64,000 nt of DNA from an uncultured Actinomycetes bacterium (GCA_963719305.1 CAVRBL010000011.1:388459-452458); one strand, 5' to 3'. Shown: positions 22,355-32,455, counted from the stretch's first letter. Translations and numbers: made by a program. Notes: generated from the letters alone by a model not told the origin.

Positions 22355-23538
22355 CGGCCTCCGCGGGTTCGAAAGTCGTCGGGGTAGCTTCCAAGCTGTT
22401 CGCAGCCGGTTGCGGTGATCAGGAAGTTGTCCTCCACGCGCAGCCCGCCGCCGTCGGGCCAATACAGGCCGGGCTCAATCGCGAGCACCATGCCTTCCAG
22501 TAGCTCGCCGCTCCCTGCCTGGTGGGCGTAGGGCGGCTCGTGCGCGCGGGCGCCGACGCCGTGCGCGATCGGGTGCGACGGCTGACCTGGGTAGCCAAGC
22601 TCGTCTATTCCGGCCCGAACCAGGCGATCGAGCTCGGCCAGACTCGCGCCCGGGCGCAGGTGGTCGATCGCGCGGCGATACACGCCTAGCAGGCCGTCGG
22701 TTAGCTCGTCGTACCGCGGCGTGAGCTCGCCGGGGCAGGCGTTCTTGGTCAGGTCGCTCCAGTAACCGTCCGCGCAGACCCAGATCTCGAGCAGCGTCGG
22801 CTCGTGCTCGCACACGCGCGTATCACTGGTGGCGGTGAATGTGCGGATACTGGGGCCCGACCACACGAGCGTGAACGCGCGCGCCAGCCGCACCTTGCCC
22901 TTGTAGCCGACGCCTTGCGAGTGCACGTGTCCCTCGAACAGCGCGCCGACTTCGCTGGTCTTCATTCCCGGCCGGATGTTCTCGCGAACGTACTCCATTG
23001 CGCTCGCCGCCAGCTCGGCCGCCAGCCGCATCCGCTCGATCTCCTGCTCGGTCTTGACCGCCCGGGCCTGGGCGAGCAGCGGCGAGACGTCTACCACCTC
23101 CTGACAGACGTCCGCGAACCGGTCGAACCACGGCATCGAGAACACCGTCGGCTCGGCGACCATCTGATCGGCCGCCTGGGTGCCCTGGGAGACCTCCAGG
23201 CCCACCCGGCCGGTGAGATCTCGCTCCGCCAGCAATCCTAGGCAGACGTCCTGGGCGCGGTACCACGGCGGCCGTGGGTCATCGGGGTGGTAGCCGTCGA
23301 ACGGTCGCACGTCGTCGGTCCAGCTGGTCTGATGCGCCTCCTCGAGCTGGGGCTCGAGCACGACCAGCACCGGCTCGCCGTGAGCGGGGAACACGAGGGC
23401 GTCGTAGCCTTTCATGCACCAGTAGCCGTCCAGGTACACGAGGTTGTCGGGCGCTCTGGCCACGATCGCGTCCAGCTCCAGCTCGGCCATAAGCGACCTG
23501 ACCCGGTCAAGCTTGTGCTGGTCGCGAGGCCAGCTCAT
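22351..23538 (-). CDS. M24 (Xaa-Pro peptidase/creatinase fold) hydrolase
   Basis: ARAVKTEQEI, GYWSDLTK, AHGVG, HEPP, AIEPG, RVEDN. Confidence 0.85.
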   Translation of the reverse strand: MSWPRDQHKLDRVRSLMAELELDAIVARAPDNLVYLDGYWCMKGYDALVFPAHGEPVLVVLEPQLEEAHQTSWTDDVRPFDGYHPDDPRPPWYRAQDVCLGLLAERDLTGRVGLEVSQGTQAADQMVAEPTVFSMPWFDRFADVCQEVVDVSPLLAQARAVKTEQEIERMRLAAELAASAMEYVRENIRPGMKTSEVGALFEGHVHSQGVGYKGKVRLARAFTLVWSGPSIRTFTATSDTRVCEHEPTLLEIWVCADGYWSDLTKNACPGELTPRYDELTDGLLGVYRRAIDHLRPGASLAELDRLVRAGIDELGYPGQPSHPIAHGVGARAHEPPYAHQAGSGELLEGMVLAIEPGLYWPDGGGLRVEDNFLITATGCEQLGSYPDDFRTRGGR

Positions 23539-23559
23539 CGTCGCACGGCCGGCCCACCT

Positions 23560-24459
23560 CTACCAGCGTTTCAACGGCGGCGCCGGCACTCCGTGTGCGT
23601 CCTCCCAGGAGACCACCGGGTTGCGCAGCACGCCGATTCCCTCGATCTCGCACTCGACCGTGTCGCCGGGTTGCAGGTACCACTTGTGCGCATCGGTGCG
23701 GAAGCCCGCAACGCCGGCAACGGTTCCGAGCGACAGGACGTCGCCCGGGCTGTAGTCGAGCGCCGAGTAGTGGGCAATGACCTGGGGGATCGTCTGCCAC
23801 ATGTTCCCCGACACCGACTGCTGGCGGAGCTCGCGGTTGACCCGCAGCTCCATTCGCAGCTTGTATGGATCCGGGATCTCATCCGGAGTCACGATCCAGG
23901 GCCCCAAGGGGCAGAACGTGTCGATCGCCTTGCAGAACGAGAACACGCCCGAGCGCATCTCGCGCCGCTGGATGTCGCGTGCCGTGATGTCGTTGAAGAT
24001 CAAGTAGCCGCCGATGTAATCGGCCGCCTCCTGCTCGCCGAAATGGCTGCCGGCGCGGTTGATCACCACCGCCAGCTCGAGCTCATAGTCGAGCTCGTTG
24101 GTCAAGTGAGAGGGGTACACGATCGGGTCCTCGGGGCCGATGATCGCGTCGATGTTCTGGAAGAACACGATCCACGGGGCGATCTCGTGCGACCAGTTGA
24201 CGTTCTTTGACTCCTCTTCGTGCTCCCGGTAGTTGCCCGAGGTGTGGAAGAACTTCTTCGGCACGATCGGAGCGCGCAGCCGCACGTCAGCCAGCGCCAG
24301 CCGCTCGCCGCTAGCGCTCCTCGCGACCGTCGCGGGGTCCTCGCCGGACTCGAACAGTCCCCGCATCGACTCGACCCCATCAATCGTGGTCACGTAGCCA
24401 TCCTGTAGCGCCCCGCAACGTGTGCGTCCGTCGGCATCGGTGAAGGTCGCGAGCTTCAC
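23560..24459 (-). CDS. Fumarylacetoacetate hydrolase family protein
   Basis: LDYELELAVVI, NDITARD, KAIDTFCPLGP, PGDVLSLGT, GIGVLRN. Confidence 0.9.
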   Translation of the reverse strand: MKLATFTDADGRTRCGALQDGYVTTIDGVESMRGLFESGEDPATVARSASGERLALADVRLRAPIVPKKFFHTSGNYREHEEESKNVNWSHEIAPWIVFFQNIDAIIGPEDPIVYPSHLTNELDYELELAVVINRAGSHFGEQEAADYIGGYLIFNDITARDIQRREMRSGVFSFCKAIDTFCPLGPWIVTPDEIPDPYKLRMELRVNRELRQQSVSGNMWQTIPQVIAHYSALDYSPGDVLSLGTVAGVAGFRTDAHKWYLQPGDTVECEIEGIGVLRNPVVSWEDAHGVPAPPLKRW

Positions 24460-25715
24460 GCCACGACCCCGCACACCTTGGCCGCCACCAGCGCGTAGAC
24501 CGTCGCGATCCTGACCAGTCCCTCGATGTCCAGGCTCTCGCCTTCCGCTCCCGGCAGTCCGCTTGAGGTGCCGTAGTTGACGGCCTCGATCCCATAGCGC
24601 GTGAGCGCCGAGGCGTCCGAGAACCAGTGCACCACGTCGCGCTCGGGCCGGCGGCCGAACACGCGCTCGTGGCCTGAGTCGATCGCCCTGATCAGCGGAT
24701 GGGCTTCGTCGATCTCGGCGCCGGGGGCGGTCACGAAGATCTCGTACTCGATCCCGAACTCAGGATGCTCGGCGCGGAGCTCGGCGACGAGCCGCGCCAG
24801 CTCTCGCTTGGCGTCTTGCATCGGCATCGTCGGCGGCACGCGCACGTCGAGGAACAGGTCGGTCCGGTTCGGGGTGCGGCTCACTCGCCAAGGATGCCCG
24901 CCCGCGATCGAACCGATGTTGACGACGCCCTGCTTGTCCCGGTAGGACGCACGCTGCTCCCACTCCGGGATCCAGGCGAGCACGCGGTCGATCACGGGCC
25001 GCATGCGCACGATCGAGTTTTGGTCCATACGCCCGGCCGAGAAGGCGGTATGAACGAACGGGCCGCGGGTAGAGATCCGCGCCCACATGGCGCCGTAGTG
25101 CCCGACCACGATCCGCTGCTCGGTGGGCTCGCCGAGGATGCACATGTCAGCGATGCCGCCGTGGGTGACGAGGTGGCGGCTGCCTGCCGCGTAGCCGCGA
25201 TACTCCCGCCCGCGAAACTCCTCGCCCCACTGGGTCTTCTCGATCTCGCCGACGACGCAGGCGAGCATCACATCCCCGTTCAGCCTGAGGCCGGCGTCGC
25301 GAATCGCCCTGACCGCCTCCAAGTAGCAGGCCAGCGCTCCCTTCATATTGGAGATCCCGAGGCCGTAGATCCGCCCGTCCTTGACCGCCGCCATCGGCTG
25401 GAAGCCCGGGATTCCGCGGAGATGGGGTTCACGACCGGAATAGGAGGTATCCATGTGGCCGTTGAACATCAGGGTTGGCCCGCCGCCGGCCCCCTCGAGC
25501 GTCCCGATCACGTTGGGCCGACCATCCTCGACTTCCTGCCAGGCCGTACGCAAGCCGGCGTCCTCGAGCGCCGCCCGCACCGTCTCGGCCATCGCCTGCT
25601 CCGAGCCAGTGGGACTGGGGATGTCGACGTACGCGCACGCGGTGTCGGTCAGCCGGCGCTCGTCGATCCGCGCGACCAGGCGCTCGCTCAGCTGGTCGGT
25701 GGCAGCGAGCGTCAT
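24456..25715 (-). CDS. M20/ArgE-DapE-like metallohydrolase (non-canonical ligands)
   Basis: PSPTGSE, RPNVIG, NGHMDT, GLGISNMKG, GEPT; own ATG overlapping the LLM stop. Confidence 0.8.
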   Translation of the reverse strand: MTLAATDQLSERLVARIDERRLTDTACAYVDIPSPTGSEQAMAETVRAALEDAGLRTAWQEVEDGRPNVIGTLEGAGGGPTLMFNGHMDTSYSGREPHLRGIPGFQPMAAVKDGRIYGLGISNMKGALACYLEAVRAIRDAGLRLNGDVMLACVVGEIEKTQWGEEFRGREYRGYAAGSRHLVTHGGIADMCILGEPTEQRIVVGHYGAMWARISTRGPFVHTAFSAGRMDQNSIVRMRPVIDRVLAWIPEWEQRASYRDKQGVVNIGSIAGGHPWRVSRTPNRTDLFLDVRVPPTMPMQDAKRELARLVAELRAEHPEFGIEYEIFVTAPGAEIDEAHPLIRAIDSGHERVFGRRPERDVVHWFSDASALTRYGIEAVNYGTSSGLPGAEGESLDIEGLVRIATVYALVAAKVCGVVA

Positions 25716-26789
25716 GCCGCGGTGCGTACCTGTTCGCGGAAGTGAGGGAGCACTTCCTGCGGCGAACAGCTCGATCTGCCGCTCCCGCTGATCGCCCCAA
25801 AGCTCGAGCATCACGTGCGTGCAGCCGGCGTCCCGGTACTCCTCGATCGCTTCGATGCAGTCGCTCGGCGTGCCCGCGATGGGCCGCGTCTTGTCGAGGA
25901 CTTCGTCGCTGACGGCGGCCGCCGCCGCAAGCCTCCCGCCGGCCTCCATCGCGTCGGCGATCGGCCGGATCTCTTCCTGGCTGAGCTCGGCCAGCTCGAG
26001 CAGCGTGTCGGCCGAGGCCTGAATGTTCTGAACCTTGTTGGCGAGATACATCCCGGCTATTTCCCGCGCCCCCTGCCGCCCCCTGTCCCGATCCTCGTCG
26101 ATCGACGCCACGACCGTGCAGCCGAGGTCGATCTGATCGGGATCGCGGCCGGTCTTGGCGGCGCCCTGGCGAAGGTTCTCGCGCGCGTAGCGGACGAACG
26201 CGGGCGTGGTGATGCTGGGCGTGAGCAGTCCGTCGGCCTCCTCGCCGGCGTACTGCTGCATCCGCGGTCCGGTTCCCGCCACGTAAATCGGAACGGTCCC
26301 GCGAGGCGTATCCGCGTCCGCCGACAACGGCGGGACGACCGCGGTGAACGCCTTGCCTTGGTAGGAGAATTCGCTCCCCTCGAGCACTCCCCGGACGATC
26401 CGGACCGCGTCGCGGGTTGGGTTCAGCGGCTTGACGGCCTCGGCGCCGATCTCCTTCATGAAGATCCGGCTTGCGCCGAAGCCGAGCCTGAAGCGTCCCG
26501 GCGCGAGCTCCTGGGTGACGCGCGCGTCCATCGCCACCTGAATCGGGTGCCGGGTGAAGGGCGAGATGATCCCCCAGCCGATCGTGAGCCGGTCGGTCTC
26601 GCGCGCGATCAGCGCCGACAGCACGGTCGAGCTGCGGGCCTCCATCTGGTGCTTGCGCCACCACGGGTACGCCTCGGCCAGCCAGATCGTGTCGAACCCG
26701 CGCCGGTCTAGCGCCCGCGCATGGGCGAGGATCTCTTCCAGCGGCTCCATCGTGAGCTGCATCACGCCAATGCGGAGTGGAAGAGGCAC
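25712..26789 (-). CDS. LLM-class flavin-dependent oxidoreductase (close paralog of 5877-6944; frameshift near its 3' end)
   Basis: WLAEAYPWWRKHQMEARSST, IGWGIISPFTRHP; alternate frame ends QEVLPHFREQVRTAA*. Confidence 0.85.
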
Positions 26790-26794
26790 CTCGT

Positions 26795-26808
26795 ATATTT
26801 GATCAGAA
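26795..26808. promoter_or_regulatory. Regulon motif copy 5 (partial)
   Basis: ATATTTGATCAGAA in the 47 bp divergent intergenic gap. Confidence 0.5.
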
Positions 26809-26836
26809 GACTCCGACAGGTGCAAGAATTCCGGAT

Positions 26837-28006
26837 ATGTCGATCGAGCTGACCGGCGAGGTCGAGCGCCGCTACCGGCTGATCAGGGAAGCCGCTGCCC
26901 GCGACGGTCTCGATGCGGTGCTCGTGTGCGCCAGCGAGTACACCGGGTTCGAGGGGGCGATGTTCTACGTGTCGGGGTTTCGCATCCTGCACCGCTACGC
27001 GTACGTGCTGCTGCCGCTGGACGAGCCCCCGACGAACATCTTCCCCGGCGAGGGGCGCTGGGTCGGCGACCACTCGGAGGGATGGGTCGAGGATCGGGTG
27101 TTCGCCGAGACCCCCGGCAAGTGGATCGCGCAGCGGATCCGCGAGCGCGGCTGGAGGATGGTCGGGGTCTACGGCCTGGACCTCGTGATGCCGGTCCGCG
27201 ACTACGTGGAGCTGCCGCCCGAGCGGATCGTGCGCTGGGACCAGGAATTCGATTACGCACGGGCGTGCAAATCAAAGGCGGAACTCGAGTCGGTGCGAGA
27301 GTCGGTAGCGATCAACGAAGCCGGCGTGCTCGCAGTGGCCGACGCGTGGGAGCCCGGCAAGCCCGAATCAGAACTGATGGCCGTGGCCGAGCAGACGTTC
27401 GTCAGCCGTGGCACGCGTCGGCTCACGATGGACATGGTCCTGACGGGCCCCGACGGCGCCGCCCTGCCGGAGATGCGGCTGCCCGACGAGAAGCGGCGGG
27501 TCGCCGCCGGCGACATGCTGATCTACGGGCTCGAGATCGCCGGCCCCGGCGGCCACTGGGTCGAGGTCTCGCGCCCGATCTGCGGCGGCGAGCCGTCGGC
27601 CGAGTCCAAGCGGATGATGGAGGCGTACCGCGAGTACCACGAGATCTGTGCCGCGGAAATGCATTCCGGAGCCTCGTCGCGGGATGTGCATCGAGCGGTC
27701 GCGCGGCCGTTCCTGGAGCGGGGCTGGAAGCTCGGTCACGTCACCGGCCACTCGATCGGGATGACGATGATCGAGCATCCCCGGATCGGCGACGCGTTCG
27801 ACGTCGAGCTGCGGGCGGACATGGTGTGCTCGATGCACCCGCACGTGATCTCCGAGGACGAACGCACATGCCTGTACTTCCAGGACACCTGGCACGTGCA
27901 GGGCGATCGAGCGGTGGCGCTCAGCCGGCTACCGGTCGACTTCCTGGATCCACGCGCGGCGCCGGCAATGGCGGCCGCACTAAATGAGGAGGCTGCATGG
28001 CAGTAG
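26837..28006 (+). CDS. M24 fold hydrolase, creatinase-like (metal ligands substituted)
   Basis: ARACKSKAEL, GHSIG..IEHP; SMHPH and FQDT replace the two Glu ligands. Confidence 0.8.
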   Translation: MSIELTGEVERRYRLIREAAARDGLDAVLVCASEYTGFEGAMFYVSGFRILHRYAYVLLPLDEPPTNIFPGEGRWVGDHSEGWVEDRVFAETPGKWIAQRIRERGWRMVGVYGLDLVMPVRDYVELPPERIVRWDQEFDYARACKSKAELESVRESVAINEAGVLAVADAWEPGKPESELMAVAEQTFVSRGTRRLTMDMVLTGPDGAALPEMRLPDEKRRVAAGDMLIYGLEIAGPGGHWVEVSRPICGGEPSAESKRMMEAYREYHEICAAEMHSGASSRDVHRAVARPFLERGWKLGHVTGHSIGMTMIEHPRIGDAFDVELRADMVCSMHPHVISEDERTCLYFQDTWHVQGDRAVALSRLPVDFLDPRAAPAMAAALNEEAAWQ

Positions 28007-29163
28007 AGCTGAAACAGGAGCTCGGAGCCCGGCGCGAGTCCGTCCCGTTCCGGGTCGTGGATGCCGACGGCAAAGTCACCGAGCTGACGTACTCATCGCC
28101 ACGGCCGGCGGCCGAGCACGACGAGCTCGCGGTGGTTGAGCAGCTGCCGTGGTTCGACCATGGCCAGCCGCTGCACAATTGGATGCTGCACGAGACCGAC
28201 TTCTACGACGAGGTCGAGCAGATCTGGGGCAAGCGATGGGGCGCGGAGGGAATCGGCCGGCTGCGCGAGGTACTCGTCTCGCGGCCGACTGAGAACGAAA
28301 CCCGCCCCGAGTACGCGGCCGAATGGCAGTACTACTACTCGACGGCGGCAGGAAATGCCGACCTCGGCCGCCTCCAGGCCCAATTCGACCAGTACTACGA
28401 GGTGCTCGCCGACAACGGCGTGCGCGTCAACTACGTCGAGCCGCCGGTGCCCGCGATCGGCGCGTACGGCTACCTGAAGAACCTGGTGACGCTGGCCGGT
28501 GGTGGCCTCGTTGTGAAAGGGGGGGCCATCATCCACCGGATGGGGCTCGGCTCCTGGCAGCGCGGGCGCGAGGTGATCTGGTCCAAGACGCTGAGCGCGC
28601 TGGGCGTCCCGATCTACCTCACGATCCACGGCGGCGGCATCGGCGAGCCCGGCGCCGGGCGCTGGCTTGACTCAAAGACGTTCGTGTTCAACGACAGCGT
28701 GGTCGCGAACGAGGAGGGCCTACGCCAGATCGAGTTCATCCTCGGCGGTCTGGGGATCGAGCTGGTCAGAACGCACACCCCAGGTTGGGTGGGAAGCACC
28801 GGCCACGGCAACCTCGGCACCACTCACGCCGACATGTTCCTGATGGTTCCCGATGTCGGTCTCGCAGTGCTCGCGCCGCACCTCGTGGACTACGCGTTTG
28901 TCCGCTACCTGAAACGCCGCGACATCAAGATCATCGAGGTGCCGGTCGAGGAATACTGGGACCTCGCGGTCAACGGGGTGACGCTAGAGCCCGGCAAGGT
29001 GATCTTGAACGCGGGCTCCCCTCAGACCCTCAAGGCGCTCGAGCGCGAGGGAATCGAGGTGATCCAGGTGGACTTCTCCGAGAGCCACAAGTTCGCGATC
29101 GCCGGACTGCATTGCGCGACCCTCGAGCTTGCCCGCGAGCAGCCGGGTCCGGCTCTGCCGTGA
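27997..29163 (+). CDS. Amidinotransferase/arginine deiminase (pentein) superfamily protein
   Basis: GRLREVLVSRP, RGRE, HADM, NGVTLEPGKV, C-terminal GLHCATLEL. Confidence 0.8.
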   Translation: MAVELKQELGARRESVPFRVVDADGKVTELTYSSPRPAAEHDELAVVEQLPWFDHGQPLHNWMLHETDFYDEVEQIWGKRWGAEGIGRLREVLVSRPTENETRPEYAAEWQYYYSTAAGNADLGRLQAQFDQYYEVLADNGVRVNYVEPPVPAIGAYGYLKNLVTLAGGGLVVKGGAIIHRMGLGSWQRGREVIWSKTLSALGVPIYLTIHGGGIGEPGAGRWLDSKTFVFNDSVVANEEGLRQIEFILGGLGIELVRTHTPGWVGSTGHGNLGTTHADMFLMVPDVGLAVLAPHLVDYAFVRYLKRRDIKIIEVPVEEYWDLAVNGVTLEPGKVILNAGSPQTLKALEREGIEVIQVDFSESHKFAIAGLHCATLELAREQPGPALP

Positions 29164-29936
29164 GCCGGCTCGGGCTCGGCGTGGATGACCTCGGCCAGGG
29201 CGAGCCGGCGCTGCTGCTGCTGACGGGTTGGTGCTCTTCTCGCACGCGCTGGGCGCTGACGGCGCCGTTGCTGGCGGCCAAGCGGCGAGTGATCAACTTC
29301 GAGTGGCGCGGGCACGGCGAGTCGACGCCCGCGAGCGAGGATTTCGGCACCGCCGAGATGGTGGAGGACGCCCTCGCCGTGATCGCGGCAACCGAGCCGC
29401 AAACCGTGATCCCGTGCTCGGCTTCTCATTCGGGCTGGGTCGCGATCGAACTGCGGCGCAGGTTGGGAGAGCGCGTGCCGAGGATCGTCCATCTCGACTG
29501 GATGGTGACCGAGCCGTCCGCTGCTTACATGAAGCTGCTCGGGGACCTGCAGTCCGAGCAGGGCTGGCCGGAAGCCCGCGACACACTGTTTGAGATCTGG
29601 CGCGCAGGCGACGAGAGTCCGGAGATCGGCGAGGCCGTCGACGTTATGAGCCGGCAGGACGCAGCAATGTGGATCCGGTCTGGCCGCGAGATCGAGGCTT
29701 CATACCACCGCCACGGGAGTCCCCTGAAGGCGCTCGAGAAGCTCGATCCACCCCCGAGAGTGCTGCACCTCTACGGGCAGCCACCGTCCGCCGATTATCT
29801 CGCCGCACAGGAGCAGTTCGCCGCCCAGCACGACTGGTTCGAAGTCAAGCGGCTGAACGCGCGCACGCACTTCTCGATGCTCGAGGCGCCGCACGATGTG
29901 GCTGCGGCGATCGAAGCCGCCGTGAGCCGTGCCTGA
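29160..29936 (+). CDS. HOD/QDO/AqdC-like cofactor-independent alpha/beta-hydrolase-fold dioxygenase
   Basis: LLLxGWC, WRGHG, SHSGW, DW, LFxxW, WxRSGRxIExxYxRxGSP, HxxxQP, QHxWF and THF are collinear with the HOD sequence as recalled. Confidence 0.8.
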   Translation: MSRLGLGVDDLGQGEPALLLLTGWCSSRTRWALTAPLLAAKRRVINFEWRGHGESTPASEDFGTAEMVEDALAVIAATEPQTVIPCSASHSGWVAIELRRRLGERVPRIVHLDWMVTEPSAAYMKLLGDLQSEQGWPEARDTLFEIWRAGDESPEIGEAVDVMSRQDAAMWIRSGREIEASYHRHGSPLKALEKLDPPPRVLHLYGQPPSADYLAAQEQFAAQHDWFEVKRLNARTHFSMLEAPHDVAAAIEAAVSRA

Positions 29937-30327
29937 CGACTCCGACAGGACACGGCGGGCACGGGGCATCGCGGCATACGCCAGCCAGTTCGGCATCCCC
30001 GAGGAGGAGGTCGAGGCGCACCTCACCTCGCTAGTCGGTCCGCGAATGGCCCGGGAAGCGATCATCGCCCAGGGTGGCGGCGCGTGGGAGGAAGGGGTGC
30101 TGTCGCTGCGCGATCGGAGCCTGATCGTGCTCGCAAGCCTGATCACCCTGGGTGGGGCAGAAGCTCGCCTCCGCGGTCACGTTCGGTGGGCGGTCGAGCA
30201 CGGGGTGACGCCGGCCCAGATCGAAGAGCTTGGGACGCTGCTGGCGATCTATGCCGGCTATGCGCGCGCCTCGACGGCGATGGAGACGATCCGCGAAGCG
30301 CTTGCTGCCATGGAGCAACCGCGGTGA
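29929..30327 (+). CDS. Carboxymuconolactone decarboxylase (CMD/AhpD) family protein
   Basis: LSLRDRSLI, LRGHVRWAVEHGVT, YAGYARA. Confidence 0.85.
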   Translation: MPDDSDRTRRARGIAAYASQFGIPEEEVEAHLTSLVGPRMAREAIIAQGGGAWEEGVLSLRDRSLIVLASLITLGGAEARLRGHVRWAVEHGVTPAQIEELGTLLAIYAGYARASTAMETIREALAAMEQPR

Positions 30328-31526
30328 AGGTGGCGATCGCAGGCGGCGGCGTGGGAGGTCTCACAGCAGCGATCGCACTCGCCCGCAAGGGCATCGAGGC
30401 AGAGGTCTATGAGCAGGCGCCGGCGATCAACGCGATTGGTGCATCGCTTCAACTCGGGCCAAATGCACTGCGCTTGATGGATGAACTTGGGCTGCTGCCC
30501 GCGCTGCGCCGCATCGGCGTGCTTCCGGATGCGGTGGACTTGATTCGCTGGGACGACGGCTCGCTGCTCCTGCATACTCCGATGGGGCCGGAGATGCAGG
30601 ACTACTTTGGCGCGCCGCAACTGGACTTCTTCCGGCCCGACCTCCATCACCTGCTCGCCGACTCCCTGGCTCCGGGGATGCTCCGGTTCGGTGCTCGGGT
30701 CGTCGGGGTGGGCCAGCGGACCGACGGGGTGACGCTATCCCTGGCCGATGGCACCAGCGTCGAGGCGGACGTCGTCATCGCCGCGGATGGAATCCGCTCG
30801 CCGATCCGCCAGCAGCTCTTCGGAGCCGAGGACCCGATCTTCTCCGGGACTGTCGTCTACCGCGGCGTAGCGCCGCGCGAGCGGGTGATCGATCTCCATC
30901 CCGAGCACATCAACTACTACTGGCTCGGTCCCTACCGTCACGGCGTCTCCTACTGGATCTCCGCCGGTGCCCTACTGGCCGTCAACTGCGCCGTACAGCA
31001 TGCCGAGTGGGCCCAGGAGTCGTGGGCCCTAGAGGCTTCAGTCCAGGAAGCACTGCCCTACTTCGAGGGCTGGCACCAGCCGCTGCTCGAGCGGATCCGG
31101 GCCTGCGACATCTTTCTGCGCGGTGCGGTGTTCGTGCGCCAACCCCTCGAGCACTGGGCAGCGGGGCGCGTGGCGCTGCTTGGCGATGCCGCTCACGCGA
31201 TGGAGCCTTTCCAAGCGCAGGGGGCCGCACAGGCGGTCGAGGACGCGTTCGTGTTGGCCGAATGCTTGGCGGCCGCCGGCGACGATCCCGTTTCGGGGCT
31301 CTCCCGCTACGAGCTGATCCGCCGCAAGCGCGCCGAGGAGCTGCAGACCTCCTCGGCCGCCGCCGCCAACGTCTTCTACCTGCCCGACGGCGAGGAGCAG
31401 CGTGACCGGGACGCGGCCTACGGGACGCTGCGCGAGACCCAGCCCTACGGGCCGCGCCAGCGGATCTGGGAATACGACGTCCGGGCGGCGCTTTCGGGCT
31501 CTACGCCGAAGCTGCCCACAACTTGA
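30324..31526 (+). CDS. Group A FAD-dependent monooxygenase (salicylate hydroxylase/NicC-like)
   Basis: IAGGGVGG, ADGIRS, LLGDAAHAMEPFQAQGAAQAVED. Confidence 0.9.
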   Translation: MKVAIAGGGVGGLTAAIALARKGIEAEVYEQAPAINAIGASLQLGPNALRLMDELGLLPALRRIGVLPDAVDLIRWDDGSLLLHTPMGPEMQDYFGAPQLDFFRPDLHHLLADSLAPGMLRFGARVVGVGQRTDGVTLSLADGTSVEADVVIAADGIRSPIRQQLFGAEDPIFSGTVVYRGVAPRERVIDLHPEHINYYWLGPYRHGVSYWISAGALLAVNCAVQHAEWAQESWALEASVQEALPYFEGWHQPLLERIRACDIFLRGAVFVRQPLEHWAAGRVALLGDAAHAMEPFQAQGAAQAVEDAFVLAECLAAAGDDPVSGLSRYELIRRKRAEELQTSSAAAANVFYLPDGEEQRDRDAAYGTLRETQPYGPRQRIWEYDVRAALSGSTPKLPTT

Positions 31527-31541
31527 GGAGGCCGATCGACC

Positions 31542-32455
31542 ATGACCGACCAACCGCCCGCCCCAGTAGTCGCCAGTGCGCCTGAAGAAATCGCCGACGG
31601 CGTCTACGTCATACCGGACCGAGGCGTGCCCCTTGTCCCGAACGTCGGGATCGTGGTCGGCTCGCGGGCCACGCTCGTGGTCGACACCGGCATGGGGCCT
31701 GGCAACGGGGCAAACCGTCCGCAGCCACGCAGAGCAGCTCTCCACAGGGCGCCCGCTGTTTCTGACGATTACACACTTCCACCCGGAGCACGGCTACGGC
31801 GCGCAGGCGTTCGCCGACGGTGCGACGGTGCTGTACAACCGCGGGCAGCTCGAGGAGCTGCGCGCAAAGGGACAGCCATACCTCGAGATGTTCAGGACGT
31901 TCGGCGACTCCGTCGCCGAGCAGCTCGAGGGCGTGTCACTGGTCGAACCGCACCTCACCTACGACGGCGCCGCCGAGCTGATCGTCGGCGGCTCAAGCTG
32001 CGCAAATGCGGACCTGGGGGTTGGCACATACCGGCGCCGACCAGATCGTGTTCCTCCCCGAGCAGCGGATTCTGTTCACCGGCGACCTCGTCGAGAACCG
32101 GTGCTTTGCGATCTTCCCCTGGTTCCCACCGGATGACACCGATGTCGACGGCGACCGCTGGATCGCCGTGCTCGAGCAGCTCGAGCGGCTCGAGCCGGCG
32201 ACCGTCGTGCCGGGGCACGGCGAGGTTGGCGACGCGGGGGTGATCGCGACGGCGCGCGAATACCTGGAGCTGCTCCGCGCCGAGACGCGCCGGCTGGCGG
32301 ACGAGGGCGCCTCGGAGGAGGAGGTCGCAACCCAGCTCGACGAATCGATGCGGGCCCTGCACCAGGATTGGGCCCAGCCCGAGTGGATCGCCTCCGGCGC
32401 CCGCTACTTCTATGCGGCGTACGGGCACGAGCGCGGGGCAGGGGGAAGGCCATAA
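31542..32455 (+). CDS. Metallo-beta-lactamase fold hydrolase (frameshifts ~31710 and ~31995)
   Basis: NVGIVVG..LVVDTG, THFHPEH, AHTGAD, FTGDLV, VPGHG. Confidence 0.82.

Noticed and set aside
24456-26825. 789-aa LLM-M20 fusion ORF
   Set aside because: A 1-bp shift near 25760 restores the paralog-like ending QEVLPHF and a TGA overlapping the M20 ATG, so it is most likely an indel artefact.
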